A stretch of DNA of 64,000 nucleotides from a plasmid. Below the pieces are notes generated by a model that did not search any database, had not been told where the DNA came from, and saw only the letters and a program-made list of their open reading frames with translations. Below, one piece after another: positions 52,871 through 62,908 of the stretch. The DNA lies in the sequence record NZ_CP128202.1; one strand, 5' to 3'. The translations under genes and the position numbers were made by a program. Position 1 is the stretch's first letter. Every line of letters begins with the position of its first letter.

Positions 52871-53963
52871 AGTACTCTGGGTTGTTACTGATTTCTGACA
52901 GGGTTTCTATCTTATCCAGCAGCGAATCAACTTCATTCTGAGTGTTTTCTTCTTGTTCTGCTTGTTGCTTAAGGTGACGTTTCGATAAGCTCTCTTCCAC
53001 TTTGATGGCGTGTTCTTCTTTCCCTATGTAACGATAAGCAATCGCCAGGGACTCGAGCTCTGCTTTAGAAAGGCGAATGTTGTTTTGCAGCCTTTTAAGC
53101 TCAAGTTCCCGAATTGTTTTCAGTGCGTCATGCTGATTGAGTTCGTCTACAGTGCCGAGCTTTATCCAGCGGAACAGGAACTTGATCCCAGTGATGGTCC
53201 GGCCTTTCTTGATCACTTCAAATCCTTTTTCTCCGCTATCGCTTTCGAGAAATAGAAGTTCTTTTCGGATCTGTGGATGCTCAGAGAGTTCCTTAATGCT
53301 TTCACGAATACAGCGCTTCATGAATACGCTGTTGTTCTTAAAAGAAGTCTTATCCTTTTTAAGCTTCCCTGCTTCATTAAGGAGGCCAAAGACGCCTTTC
53401 AGCTCGTCGAGCTTTTGCTGGTGCATTTCAAAGCCTTTGTCTTTGAAGCGGCTCAGCAGCTCATAAAGGCGCTTGGAGTATTCTTTTTTTACATCAAAGA
53501 AATTACGGGTGTTGATCAAGGCAAATCCCTGATTGTACTCGATGTATTCAGATTTAAGCATGTCGTTAGGAACCATGGTTAATACACCATTTTTATAGGC
53601 AATATGCTTAAACAGAGGACGATAGTCGAACTCTGTATCTCCTTTTCTGGATTCGATTTTGATACCGATTTTACGGCTGGCCAGACGATTAGCTACCGGG
53701 CTTAAGTTACTGCCAATGTGTTTGGATTCAACGCCTAACCATTCTGATAACTGGTGTGAAGTGAATTCGTAATGTGGAGTGTTGGTATCCCAGTCAGCCG
53801 CTTTCATATGAGCCACCATCAGCGCAAACATATCCGCTTCCCTGGCTGAAAGATCCTGACGGCTGAATACCAGCTGATGACCTTTCTTGATGTGCTTTGG
53901 CAGGTTGTCACTGACGACAGGATAGTAATATTGTTCTTCGCTCATGGTTTCCATCCAAGACAT
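52869..53963 (-). CDS. repA: plasmid replication initiator RepA-like protein (364 aa)
   Basis: The size, basic winged-helix-like composition and position next to the iterons support this call. An iteron-like site gcacctgataaaacatc lies at 54494 in its upstream region. Confidence 0.6.
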   Translation of the reverse strand: MSWMETMSEEQYYYPVVSDNLPKHIKKGHQLVFSRQDLSAREADMFALMVAHMKAADWDTNTPHYEFTSHQLSEWLGVESKHIGSNLSPVANRLASRKIGIKIESRKGDTEFDYRPLFKHIAYKNGVLTMVPNDMLKSEYIEYNQGFALINTRNFFDVKKEYSKRLYELLSRFKDKGFEMHQQKLDELKGVFGLLNEAGKLKKDKTSFKNNSVFMKRCIRESIKELSEHPQIRKELLFLESDSGEKGFEVIKKGRTITGIKFLFRWIKLGTVDELNQHDALKTIRELELKRLQNNIRLSKAELESLAIAYRYIGKEEHAIKVEESLSKRHLKQQAEQEENTQNEVDSLLDKIETLSEISNNPEY

Positions 53964-54888
53964 AACTTAGGTTAATTATTACATAATATAGGTGAGCTGA
54001 ACAAATTAATACCTGGATTGTGTCACATAAAATTTGACAGATATATTTCTCTTTTGAGGCGGCGCAAAAACAGGCGTGTAATTGTTTTGATCCTCGCTGT
54101 TTAAAGATCAGATCTTCGATCTCAGCATGGATCTAAAAGAGATGCATAAATGAAAGTTTTTCCCCCTCAATTATGTCCGGTTCTTACATGCCGGTCGTTA
54201 CGGGAAAAGACGCCAGCGACAGTAAATAAATGGGCGGCCATTGTGCTTGTACAATCAAAGAAAATGTAAGTGACAACGTGATGTCGTCTTGACGGGTGAC
54301 GCCTGAGTTTTGGTTTTAACTTACTCAGGATAAACAGGTTCTACGGGTGATGATGACCCTGCCTTGCTGTTAGGTTGATTAATTTTTAACACAAACCAGT
54401 AAAGGAAACGGAAGAGAGTAACGCCTCGACCTGCGATGGAGTGGCGAACCATGTGACTAAGCCCAGCCCTAACTAATCTGTCACAAATTTACGCACCTGA
54501 TAAAACATCACGAAGAAAAACCAACATCTTAAATATTCCTGGATGGGAGAAGACAGGGTTGATGCTAACGCTTTTATGTGGCATCACCCAGCCCCGTCAT
54601 AGACTTCCTATGTGCGAAAAATACGGTCGTTAATTTTAATCATCTACCCTAATCATCATCACTGTCACTTATCATCCTATTGTTTACCCCTTTCTTTCGA
54701 TTAAAAACCCGCGACGCTGTGCGAGATTAACCTGTGTCCCCTGCCCTCCCGGATTGAGACGAGAGCTGGCTCCACTTTGTTCAATATACAACACCATTAC
54801 ATTTTTATTTCGGGTGAGTCGCAGGGAATTTGCTCACGCTTTTTTTATTTCTCTTACCTTGTATGTTGTAGCGGTCAGGAAGAAGAGT

Positions 54889-55611
54889 ATGCGATTTTTA
54901 AAACTTAGAACCGATCATAAACGCCAGCGAAAAGACGGGTCTCGTTATGTGACACCTTTAATCGTAGATACCCCTCGTCGCTTTGCGCCAAGCCGGGATC
55001 GAAAAGAAACCAGCTTACGCCGAACCCAGTGTCAGCTGATAACCGGTGCGCATGATTCGGGTAAAAGCCGGTGGCTCACCCGCCTGCGTGACAGCCGGCA
55101 CGAGATCTGGGGCAGTAAACCACAACCGGTTTTGCTGGAAGGCCTGATGCCGCTTTCCAGCTGGGTGGAAGTGAAAGGGATTGAACAATGGTACGAAAAT
55201 TGTCACGAAGAAGACGCCTGTTTTACTCCCTGGAGCAAGCTCAACCTGCAACTCAAAGCGGATTTACTGGCTGATTACCTGGTTGAGACTCAATCGCTGC
55301 TGTTCATCGACGATGCTCACAAGCTGACAGGACGTAAAGCACAGATAGCGCGTAAATGTCTGCTGTCAGCAAAAACCTGGCTGATGGCCTGCAGTGAAGA
55401 AGGACGCTTGCCTCCTTCTATTCGCCCTATTGTTGAAAGGCGTGAGCCTCAACGTATCAATCTGGAAAGTGACGTGAGTTACGACACAACGAAAGCCCTG
55501 ATCTGGTTCATGGTTGCCTTATGTGTCGTTGCCGGCGCCTGGGAAGCGGGGGCTGTGATTGGGGGGCTTCAGATGTTGGGCAATGGACGGAGGTCTACCC
55601 GTGCAGATTAG
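54889..55611 (+). CDS. P-loop NTPase with C-terminal transmembrane anchor
   Basis: Walker A GAHDSGKS, Walker B LLFIDDAH, C-terminal TM ALIWFMVALCVVAGAW. The start is assumed at MRFLKL. Confidence 0.45.
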   Translation: MRFLKLRTDHKRQRKDGSRYVTPLIVDTPRRFAPSRDRKETSLRRTQCQLITGAHDSGKSRWLTRLRDSRHEIWGSKPQPVLLEGLMPLSSWVEVKGIEQWYENCHEEDACFTPWSKLNLQLKADLLADYLVETQSLLFIDDAHKLTGRKAQIARKCLLSAKTWLMACSEEGRLPPSIRPIVERREPQRINLESDVSYDTTKALIWFMVALCVVAGAWEAGAVIGGLQMLGNGRRSTRAD

Positions 55612-56350
55612 AGCACCCTGGATGTTACTTGGGATACTGGCTGTTAGCCAAAGCTATGCGAATGACTGGGGGATCGATTCTCCCTGGAAGGAACCTGTCG
55701 CACCTCCTCCGGAAATAAAACCATTCGTGTTACCTACTCTCACAGGAGAAGCCCCACATTACAACACCCCTGCTCCGGCTTTAAAACCTGCCCCTAAAAT
55801 CGACCCTGATGTTATTTTTCAAACCGTTCTGAATTGCTACCCGGAGAAGAGTAAATTTAAGCTGGACTTAAGTCTGGTCGCGGGAATGAAAACCAATCTT
55901 GACGAGTACAACAGTGATGACTGGCCGGAAATCTCCGAGCACTATGTTGGGATTGTCGGCAAGATGCCGCTCTATTCCACGACAGAACAGTCACGGGAAC
56001 GCCAGTGGGAGTATCAGCGTCGTACCTCAACCGCAACTTCGGTGGCGGCGTTTGCTCAGGCCCTTGCTGACCGTAATTATGCGTATCGTCTGATGGGACT
56101 GTATTTATCTCTCGAGGCTCGCTCACAGCAGCGTGTGGCTCAGGGGGTGGCAAGCGTTAATGAGCAAGTCGCATTACTTGAAAAGGTCGCGGGCTCTCAT
56201 CGCAATGTTCTGGCGCATGAAGCCAAAATAGTAGAGCACCGGTTAGCACTGGTTGCACTCTGTGAAGACAGCTACAGTAAGAGGGTTAATCAGTACTTGC
56301 TGGACTTAGCGTTTCTTCCTCCTCATCAGGCGGAACATCAAAGCAAATGA
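55583..56350 (+). CDS. exported hypothetical protein (start assumed at MDGGLPV)
   Basis: Signal peptide. Overlaps the upstream ATPase gene by 29 nt and the downstream gene by 4 nt. Confidence 0.45.
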   Translation: MDGGLPVQIRAPWMLLGILAVSQSYANDWGIDSPWKEPVAPPPEIKPFVLPTLTGEAPHYNTPAPALKPAPKIDPDVIFQTVLNCYPEKSKFKLDLSLVAGMKTNLDEYNSDDWPEISEHYVGIVGKMPLYSTTEQSRERQWEYQRRTSTATSVAAFAQALADRNYAYRLMGLYLSLEARSQQRVAQGVASVNEQVALLEKVAGSHRNVLAHEAKIVEHRLALVALCEDSYSKRVNQYLLDLAFLPPHQAEHQSK

Positions 56351-56820
56351 AGTGGCTCAATCATGGTCTCATCGCTGGCGCTGTTTGTGCCGTTGTCTCG
56401 CCACCTCATGTACCCATATGCATTGCAGGAGCCACCGCTCCAGACTGGATTGAATACGTTGTTAAAGTGTTTGGTCACAATATCAAGCATCGTGGCACTA
56501 CCCATATTTTTACCCACTGGCTTATCGTTGCCCTCGTCTTCACATTTGTCTGGGACTATCAGGGGGTAGGAATGGCGTTCGCATGGGGTGGTGTCAGCCA
56601 TATCCTGACCGATGCCATGACCGTTTCCGGTGTTCCTTTTTCTCCCTACAGTGACAGACGTTTCCATCTGTTTGGTGGACGGTTCCGGACCGGTGACCCG
56701 GTGGAATATGCCATCTCTGCTGGCGTTGTGATTGTCTGTATCGCTTTGTCTCATATCTCCGGAGGGCAAGGTTTGCTCCATTTTTTTATGACTGGGCCGG
56801 TATGTATGAGCGCGGATTAA
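56347..56820 (+). CDS. YdjM-like membrane-bound metal-dependent hydrolase family protein
   Basis: 157 aa, TM helices with a His/Asp-rich pattern (HNIKHRGTTH...HILTDAMT). Confidence 0.5.
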   Translation: MKWLNHGLIAGAVCAVVSPPHVPICIAGATAPDWIEYVVKVFGHNIKHRGTTHIFTHWLIVALVFTFVWDYQGVGMAFAWGGVSHILTDAMTVSGVPFSPYSDRRFHLFGGRFRTGDPVEYAISAGVVIVCIALSHISGGQGLLHFFMTGPVCMSAD

Positions 56821-56876
56821 TTGATGCTCTGGAGTGGAAAACAAACCGGTTCAGGCTGATTTAAATGGGCTGAAAG

Positions 56877-56900
56877 TTGTCAATATTCAGGCTGAATATC
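56877..56900. repeat. Partial copy of the 27-bp palindrome (left arm intact)
   Basis: ttgtcaatattcaggctgaatatc. Confidence 0.45.
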
Positions 56901-56972
56901 TTTTGGTTTTCGCTCCCGGTTCCATTATCCTAACCCCTTGGTTGATAAGTTGTTTGCAGTTAGAAGAGTGAG

Positions 56973-57674
56973 ATGGGCATTAATGTTTCCAAATCAAAAC
57001 TGGTGTCACTGACCGATGCCCATGAGCGACTGGTTGTCACCCACCCGGATAAAAATCCGGTGGAGTATAACCTCGGCTTAGAGAAATACCTGACGGCGGT
57101 TTTTCAGCGTAAGAAAGCCCGGAACAGGACCGGAGACGGTAATCCGCTCATTTACGCACTGAAGAACATGCACAGGTTCCGTATTTCGGATGAAGACAGA
57201 GCGTCTCTGTTTGGATTGATGAAGTCCATTATTGCACGCCATTATCAGGGGGAAGTATTTGATCGTATTCTGCCTTTGCCCTCTTCAAAACCGGTGGTGT
57301 TCTGGGTGGCTCAGGCTTGTCAGGAAGCCCAGGGCGTGCCGGTTGAGCGTAATGCGTTTGTCAAAGCGACCAATGCCAATGTGCTGGCCCAGCTGCAGCA
57401 GGTGGAGAGCCACAAAGAAATTATTGAACTGAGGAAGTTACTGGAAGCGCGCAAACCGAATGCGGTTTTTAGTATGAAAGACTTGTCGCAGTTTCAGCGT
57501 CAGTTTGTTGAGCCTGTCCGTCTGAACCCGTTTTTTACGCCCGAAGGCAGAGTGCTTTTGGTGGATGATTTGGTTTCCTCAGGTGCAACGTTTAAATCCG
57601 GCTATCGGTCGGTGAAAAACAAACATCCGGAAGTGGATATAGAATGCTTGTCGTTGCTTGGTCCGGTGACTTGA
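56973..57674 (+). CDS. phosphoribosyltransferase-domain protein with unassigned N-terminal domain
   Basis: The C-terminal PRTase PRPP-binding motif is VLLVDDLVSSGATF. Confidence 0.55.
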   Translation: MGINVSKSKLVSLTDAHERLVVTHPDKNPVEYNLGLEKYLTAVFQRKKARNRTGDGNPLIYALKNMHRFRISDEDRASLFGLMKSIIARHYQGEVFDRILPLPSSKPVVFWVAQACQEAQGVPVERNAFVKATNANVLAQLQQVESHKEIIELRKLLEARKPNAVFSMKDLSQFQRQFVEPVRLNPFFTPEGRVLLVDDLVSSGATFKSGYRSVKNKHPEVDIECLSLLGPVT

Positions 57675-57852
57675 CTCGGTAACGCAGGGACGTATAATTG
57701 AACATACAGACCGTACATGTGCTCTATGGTCTTTAAAGAAGATATGAGCGAAAGCTTATGAGCCCGAGCTGCACCCTGAAACGAGGTCAGACCATAAGGG
57801 TTGAGTATCGTTTAGTTAGGCATCGGCTAACACCATTAATTTATTAATGACA

Positions 57853-57882
57853 ACAGCGCCCGGTTTATCCGGGCGCTGTTGT
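57853..57882 (+). terminator. Rho-independent terminator
   Basis: acagcgcccggtttatccgggcgctgt followed by tgtat. Confidence 0.5.
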
Positions 57883-57918
57883 ATCTGCAGTTTACCACTC
57901 GTTTTATTCTCCGGAATT

Positions 57919-57947
57919 TTGTCAATATTCAGGCTGAATATTGACAA
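57919..57947. repeat. Perfect 27-bp palindrome TTGTCAATATTCAG-G-CTGAATATTGACAA (candidate parS/operator)
   Basis: Seen directly. Partial copies lie at 56877-56900 and 63140-63165. Confidence 0.5.
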
Positions 57948-57962
57948 ACTCCGCTCTGATAT

Positions 57963-58859
57963 TCATTCATATTTCAAGGTCTTAACCGTTTCTTTTGAGC
58001 AGGCGGAGAAGTGACGGGAAAGATCACTGCGGATACGGTCTGAGGCGTAATACATAGTGTATCGATACTCCAGCCCCGGGCTGAAAGGACGGGTCACTAC
58101 GTTATCTTTTGGCCACAGATGGGCGTTGAAAGGATCCAGCAAAGCAAGACAAAGCCCGTTGGCAACCAGACCGTATCCGGACAGCGATCGCTGAGTCGCG
58201 AACTGGAAGCGGACATCGATGTTGTGTTCCTCGAGCATGGCTTTATGCCGGTTCCATTCTATGCCGTCTTCATCGACCAGTTTTAGCAGGTTTTCTCCGT
58301 TCAGATCCTGAGGGTTAATCACCTCTTTCTCCGCAAGCCGATGGCCTGCCGGCATCACACATACCCAGTTCACAGTGATCAGCGGCTCATCAATAAAGCC
58401 AAAATCGTAGCTGACATGGTTGGTAATAATCAGATCGTATTTGGCGTGACGCAATCCCTGCATTAGCTGGTTGACGCTGTCAGAGAGCAGGCTTACCTGA
58501 ACATCCGGATACGAAGTTACAAAGTCTTTGATGATGCGCGGTACCACCCAGGTAGCCAGAGCGGGCGTAGCCCCGATCGATAAACGGCCGCGTGAGGAAT
58601 GACGAAGATTTTCCGCCACACTTTCCAGGTGCTTAATGCCGTGAAAGATGTTTTTCACCTCATCGTAAAACGCCATCGCTTCCGCAGTCGGGTGCATCCG
58701 GCCCTTTTCCTTACGGAATAATTCAAACTCGACGCCTTCCTGCAAATCCTTGATGAGCCGGCTGACAGAAGGCTGGGAAATACGCAGCTCTTCGGCTGCC
58801 CGGGAAAATGACCCGGTCTGAATGACCGAGAGAAAAGCCTGAAGCTGTTTATATTGCAT
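57963..58859 (-). CDS. LysR-family transcriptional regulator
   Basis: N-terminal HTH QLQAFLSVIQTGSFSRAAEELRISQPSVSRLIKDLQ. Confidence 0.85.
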   Translation of the reverse strand: MQYKQLQAFLSVIQTGSFSRAAEELRISQPSVSRLIKDLQEGVEFELFRKEKGRMHPTAEAMAFYDEVKNIFHGIKHLESVAENLRHSSRGRLSIGATPALATWVVPRIIKDFVTSYPDVQVSLLSDSVNQLMQGLRHAKYDLIITNHVSYDFGFIDEPLITVNWVCVMPAGHRLAEKEVINPQDLNGENLLKLVDEDGIEWNRHKAMLEEHNIDVRFQFATQRSLSGYGLVANGLCLALLDPFNAHLWPKDNVVTRPFSPGLEYRYTMYYASDRIRSDLSRHFSACSKETVKTLKYE

Positions 58860-58982
58860 GAGTAATACCTATAGCATTTTCAAATAATACTATACAAAAA
58901 TGGCCATTGAATAAATAAGGTATGTGTGGAACATTGCCCGTACACCGGATGAATTATTTCCCGGAAAGCAAAACGGATTTAC

Positions 58983-60464
58983 TTGGACATACAGAAACGG
59001 AGAACTGTCATGAGTACGATGAGCCAGGAGCAGAGCCGCTCCCGGGAAACTGAGATGCCGAGCCGTTGGTATCAGCGCTTCCCTGATCCTATGGTACTGA
59101 TTTTTTATATTCTGCTGGTTGCCAGTGCGCTGACCTGGCTGGTACCTAAAGGTGCCTACGATACCGAAAGCGTCGACGGACGCCAGCGGGTTATCGCCGG
59201 TTCCTTTCATTACTTAACTGAGAGTGACGCACCGGCCGGTGTGTTTAGCGTCATCAATAAGCTGTTCGATATTTTTGTCGCCATCCCGCAGGGGCTGGTT
59301 CAGTCGGCGCAATACCTGTTTATTGTGTTCATTGCCGGAGGACTGTTTAACATTCTTTACCGCACCCACGCACTGGAAAACTTCGTCGGTTCTTCTGTTA
59401 AGCGTATCGGTCTGGAACGCGGTAATCTGCTGATCTGGTTATCCACTTACCTTTATGGTGTATTCGGGATTGCAGTGGGTTTTGAAAACAATATTGCGCT
59501 GGTACCGGTCGCGCTGCTGGTTTCGAGTGCCCTGGGTTATAAGAACCTGGTTGGGGCCTGCATTGCGATCGGGGGGATTGGAATTGGTTTCGCTCTGTCA
59601 CCGATTAACCCTTACACCGTCGGTGTGGCGCAGAATATTGCCGGGCTGCCGATTTTCTCAGGCGCTCTGGTCCGTTGTATTTTAACCTTTGTCTGTCTGT
59701 CGATGCTTGCCTGGTACATCACTGCGGTTGTCGCTCCCAAAGCGCGCAGGGAAGATACCGGACAGGACGGGTTATCTTCTGAACTCAGCAGCTACAGCAT
59801 GAGCATGCAGGACAAAGCCGTCATTCTGATTTTTCTGGCCGGTATTGTGGTTATTGCCGGATGTTCCTATCTGGCGGGTACTGGCGCGCTGGGCCGCAGC
59901 TGGTACATTAAAGAAATCACGGCGGTATTCCTGCTGATCTCTATTGCGATTGCCGCTACCTGCCGTATCGGTGCCAATCAATACGTGAAATACATGATTG
60001 AAGGGGCATCCGGCGTGACTGGAGGAGCTCTGGTTATCGGTCTGGCAGCTTCGATTAAAGTGGTGCTGGAAGACGGCCAAATCATTTATACCATAGTGCA
60101 CACCTTTAACCTGCTGATTGGCTACGTACCGGACGCGCTGACAGCGGTCACTATTAGTGTGATTCAGGGGTTCATTAACCTGTTTATTCCGAGTGGTTCA
60201 GGACAGGCTCTGGTGACCATGCCTATTCTGATCCCGCTGGCAGACCTGATTGGTATCAGCCATCAGGTGATGATTTTGGCGTTTCAGGTCGGTGACGGCA
60301 TCACTAACCTGATCATCCCGACCTCAGGCGGTACGCTGGCCATGCTGGCTCTGGCCAAGGTGAGCTTTTCCAATTGGGTGAAAACCATCTTCCCGGTCAT
60401 TGTCATGGCATATGTCTTAAGCTGGGTATGTCTGGTAATAGCCCAGTACACCAACTGGTCATAA
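58983..60464 (+). CDS. YfcC-family (AbgT/DcuC-like) membrane transporter
   Basis: About 490 aa polytopic protein. Divergent from the LysR gene. Confidence 0.65.
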   Translation: MDIQKRRTVMSTMSQEQSRSRETEMPSRWYQRFPDPMVLIFYILLVASALTWLVPKGAYDTESVDGRQRVIAGSFHYLTESDAPAGVFSVINKLFDIFVAIPQGLVQSAQYLFIVFIAGGLFNILYRTHALENFVGSSVKRIGLERGNLLIWLSTYLYGVFGIAVGFENNIALVPVALLVSSALGYKNLVGACIAIGGIGIGFALSPINPYTVGVAQNIAGLPIFSGALVRCILTFVCLSMLAWYITAVVAPKARREDTGQDGLSSELSSYSMSMQDKAVILIFLAGIVVIAGCSYLAGTGALGRSWYIKEITAVFLLISIAIAATCRIGANQYVKYMIEGASGVTGGALVIGLAASIKVVLEDGQIIYTIVHTFNLLIGYVPDALTAVTISVIQGFINLFIPSGSGQALVTMPILIPLADLIGISHQVMILAFQVGDGITNLIIPTSGGTLAMLALAKVSFSNWVKTIFPVIVMAYVLSWVCLVIAQYTNWS

Positions 60465-60513
60465 ACAAGAGACCGCAGCGTGGCTGGCACCGCGCTGCTG
60501 TATGGAGATGTAA

Positions 60514-61419
60514 GTGAATACAGTGAAAAATATCGCGTTGATCGGCGGCACCCACGGTAATGAGTTATCCGGGATTTATCTGGTGAAAAAGTGGCAGCAG
60601 AACCGGACACTGACGCAGTGGCCTGAGCTCAGCATCACTACCAAAATTTCAAATCCGAGAGCCTGTGAGAACAGTGTGCGTTATATGGAATCGGATCTGA
60701 ACCGGGAATTCTGTCAGGCTGATCTGGACGATAACAGTAAGGTCGGTTACGAGCAGTTGCTGGCAAAAAAGCTTAACGCTGAACTGGGGCCAAAAGGTGC
60801 GTCACCGTTTGATTTCATTATCGATCTGCACAACACCACCTCTAACATGGGAGCGTGTCTGATGCTGTTGAAAAAAGATGATTTCAACTTAAAGCTGGGC
60901 GCGTATGTTAAAAGCCGCATGCCGGAATCGAACATCTACTTCCAGGACAATATCCCGGAGAACAAACGCAGCTTTCTGATCACCATCGCAGAGCAGGGGG
61001 TGACGGTCGAAGTCGGCGCACAGCCAAATTCAGTGTTGCAGCATAAAACGCTGGAGCTGATGGAAACCATGACCGCGCACATCCTGAACTTTTGTGAGCA
61101 GTATAATCAGGGCTCTGAACTGGACCTGCCGGACGGTTATGAGGCCTTCCAGTACTGCGGAGACCTGAAGCTGCCGATGACCGAAAACGGTGAACGAAAC
61201 GGAATGGTGCTGAAATCGATTGATCAGCGTGACTTCTCTCCGGTTGAACCGGGGCAGGCGATCATGGAGACCTTCGATGGCCAACTAATTTACTGGGAAG
61301 GCGATTATACTGCTTATCCGTTGTTCATCAATGAAGCGGCATATCGAAAAAGCAGCAACGCGATGAGCCTGTCAAAGAAAATCACGATAAGCGGGTATCA
61401 GGCCTGTCTTACTGAGTAA
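60514..61419 (+). CDS. succinylglutamate desuccinylase / aspartoacylase family deacylase
   Basis: Zinc-binding motif GGTHGNEL near the N-terminus. 301 aa. Confidence 0.7.
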   Translation: MNTVKNIALIGGTHGNELSGIYLVKKWQQNRTLTQWPELSITTKISNPRACENSVRYMESDLNREFCQADLDDNSKVGYEQLLAKKLNAELGPKGASPFDFIIDLHNTTSNMGACLMLLKKDDFNLKLGAYVKSRMPESNIYFQDNIPENKRSFLITIAEQGVTVEVGAQPNSVLQHKTLELMETMTAHILNFCEQYNQGSELDLPDGYEAFQYCGDLKLPMTENGERNGMVLKSIDQRDFSPVEPGQAIMETFDGQLIYWEGDYTAYPLFINEAAYRKSSNAMSLSKKITISGYQACLTE

Positions 61420-61555
61420 AATTTTCACGAATGAAAAACGTCTGAAGCCGTGTTATTACTTGGTTCTTCAGGCTTTTTTTGTTTGTGGTTGCGCTGATGT
61501 TTAGGAACAATAAAGTTTGTACACTAAATCAATTTTGGAATAATAAAGTTTGTAC

Positions 61556-62609
61556 GGCTTTGTTGCGTAATTCGATGGAACTAAATCAAGAAACTATGAT
61601 CTGAGCGGCTACGCCCATCAATCGTCGTAGCCTCATGCCTAAACCTCGTTACAAAACAACTAACTGGAAGCAGTACAATAAATCCTTAATCAACCGTGGT
61701 TCTCTGGCCTTTTGGATTGATGAGGAAGCGATAGCTGAGTGGAAGCAAAACAAACAAGGCAAGCGTGGTAGACCTCGCCGATTCAGCGACTTAGCCATTA
61801 CTACCGCACTGATGGTGAAACGCGTTTTCTCTATGCCCTTGAGAGCGCTGCAAGGTTTTCTAGACTCCGTATTTAAGCTGGCTAACATCCCGCTTGTTTG
61901 CCCGCACTACACCTGTATAAGCCGCCGAGCTAAGGAAGTTGAAGTTTCATTTAAAACCAAAACCAGAGGAGCAATACAACATCTGGCCATTGATGCCACT
62001 GGCCTCAAGGTTTATGGCGAAGGTGAATGGAAGGTCAAGAAGCATGGAACTGATGGGAAGCGAAGAGTCTGGCGTAAGCTGCATATCGCGGTAGATACAA
62101 GCACCCACGAAATAGTCGCAGCAGAGCTGAGCTTATCTAACGTAACTGATGCCGAAGTGCTCCCCAACTTACTCAAGCAAACACGTCGTAAAATCATTGA
62201 GATATCAGGCGATGGCGCTTATGACACAAGGAATTGCCATGATGCCATACGGATCAAGCGAGCTGTTCCGCTCATCCCGCCAAGAGAAGGAGCAGCCTTC
62301 TGGGAACAAGGGCATCCTCGTAACTTAGCGGTAGGTTGCCAGAAGCTCTATGGCTCCAACAAGAAGTGGAAAAAGCGGTATGGCTATCATAAGCGCTCTC
62401 TATCAGAGACCGCAATGTACCGAGTAAAACAGCTGCTAGGTGGGAAATTAAGCCTGAGGAACTACAACGCTCAGGTTGGCGAGACTTACGCCATGATCAA
62501 AGCACTGAACAAACTTACAGGGCTTGGTATGCCTGAAACTCAGTATATTGTATAAAAGTCGCTCAACTTTAGGAGGTTTGGTTTCTCGTCTGAATTACGC
62601 AACAAAGCC
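61556..62609 (+). mobile_element. IS903-group insertion sequence, copy 3
   Basis: IRs GGCTTTGTTGCGTAATTC at 61556-61573 and inverted at 62592-62609. There is no TSD. It lies in the same orientation as copy 2. Confidence 0.8.
61635..62555 (+). CDS. IS903-like transposase (306 aa)
   Basis: As above. Confidence 0.9.
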   Translation: MPKPRYKTTNWKQYNKSLINRGSLAFWIDEEAIAEWKQNKQGKRGRPRRFSDLAITTALMVKRVFSMPLRALQGFLDSVFKLANIPLVCPHYTCISRRAKEVEVSFKTKTRGAIQHLAIDATGLKVYGEGEWKVKKHGTDGKRRVWRKLHIAVDTSTHEIVAAELSLSNVTDAEVLPNLLKQTRRKIIEISGDGAYDTRNCHDAIRIKRAVPLIPPREGAAFWEQGHPRNLAVGCQKLYGSNKKWKKRYGYHKRSLSETAMYRVKQLLGGKLSLRNYNAQVGETYAMIKALNKLTGLGMPETQYIV

Positions 62610-62637
62610 GATTATTGATGCTAATGGCCCTAAGGGC

Positions 62638-62859
62638 ATGGATAAATTCAAAGGACAGCTGGCTCATAATATGTTGTCTATTCAGAAATATTTACCTGAA
62701 TCGTCACGGTTTGAAGTTGTCGATAAAGGATTGTTTCTGACATTGCCATTAACTTGGGCCGAGGAAAACCATGACTTGAAAGATAACTTGGAAAATTTAC
62801 TTTCCGTGTTAACGCCTCTTAAATTAGCTCAGAAATCAAGCTCCATTGATGCTGGTTAA
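62638..62859 (+). CDS. hypothetical protein (about 73 aa from MDKFKG)
   Basis: The longer ORF starts inside the IS. It may be a remnant of a gene disrupted by IS903. Confidence 0.2.
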   Translation: MDKFKGQLAHNMLSIQKYLPESSRFEVVDKGLFLTLPLTWAEENHDLKDNLENLLSVLTPLKLAQKSSSIDAG

Positions 62860-62866
62860 ATTTTGT

Positions 62867-62889
62867 GAATAAGCCGGGAACCCCGGCTT
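62867..62889. terminator. Bidirectional hairpin aagccgggaaccccggctt
   Basis: GC stem between the convergent small ORF and parB. It is followed by a gcttatt x3 tandem. Confidence 0.45.
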
Positions 62890-62908
62890 AACTTCTGCTG
62901 CTTATTGC

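Noticed and set aside
53964-54750. I examined the 790-bp non-coding stretch upstream of repA for a hidden gene or CRISPR-like repeats.
   Set aside because: Only a 39-aa ORF and no repeat array are present. The GATC cluster and one iteron-like site are better explained as rep promoter or control DNA, and are folded into the origin finding.
62524-62859. A 111-aa ORF that starts inside IS903 copy 3 and runs out of its right end.
   Set aside because: Its first 28 codons are IS sequence. Only the downstream portion from MDKFKG could be a real remnant gene, and that is listed at low confidence.
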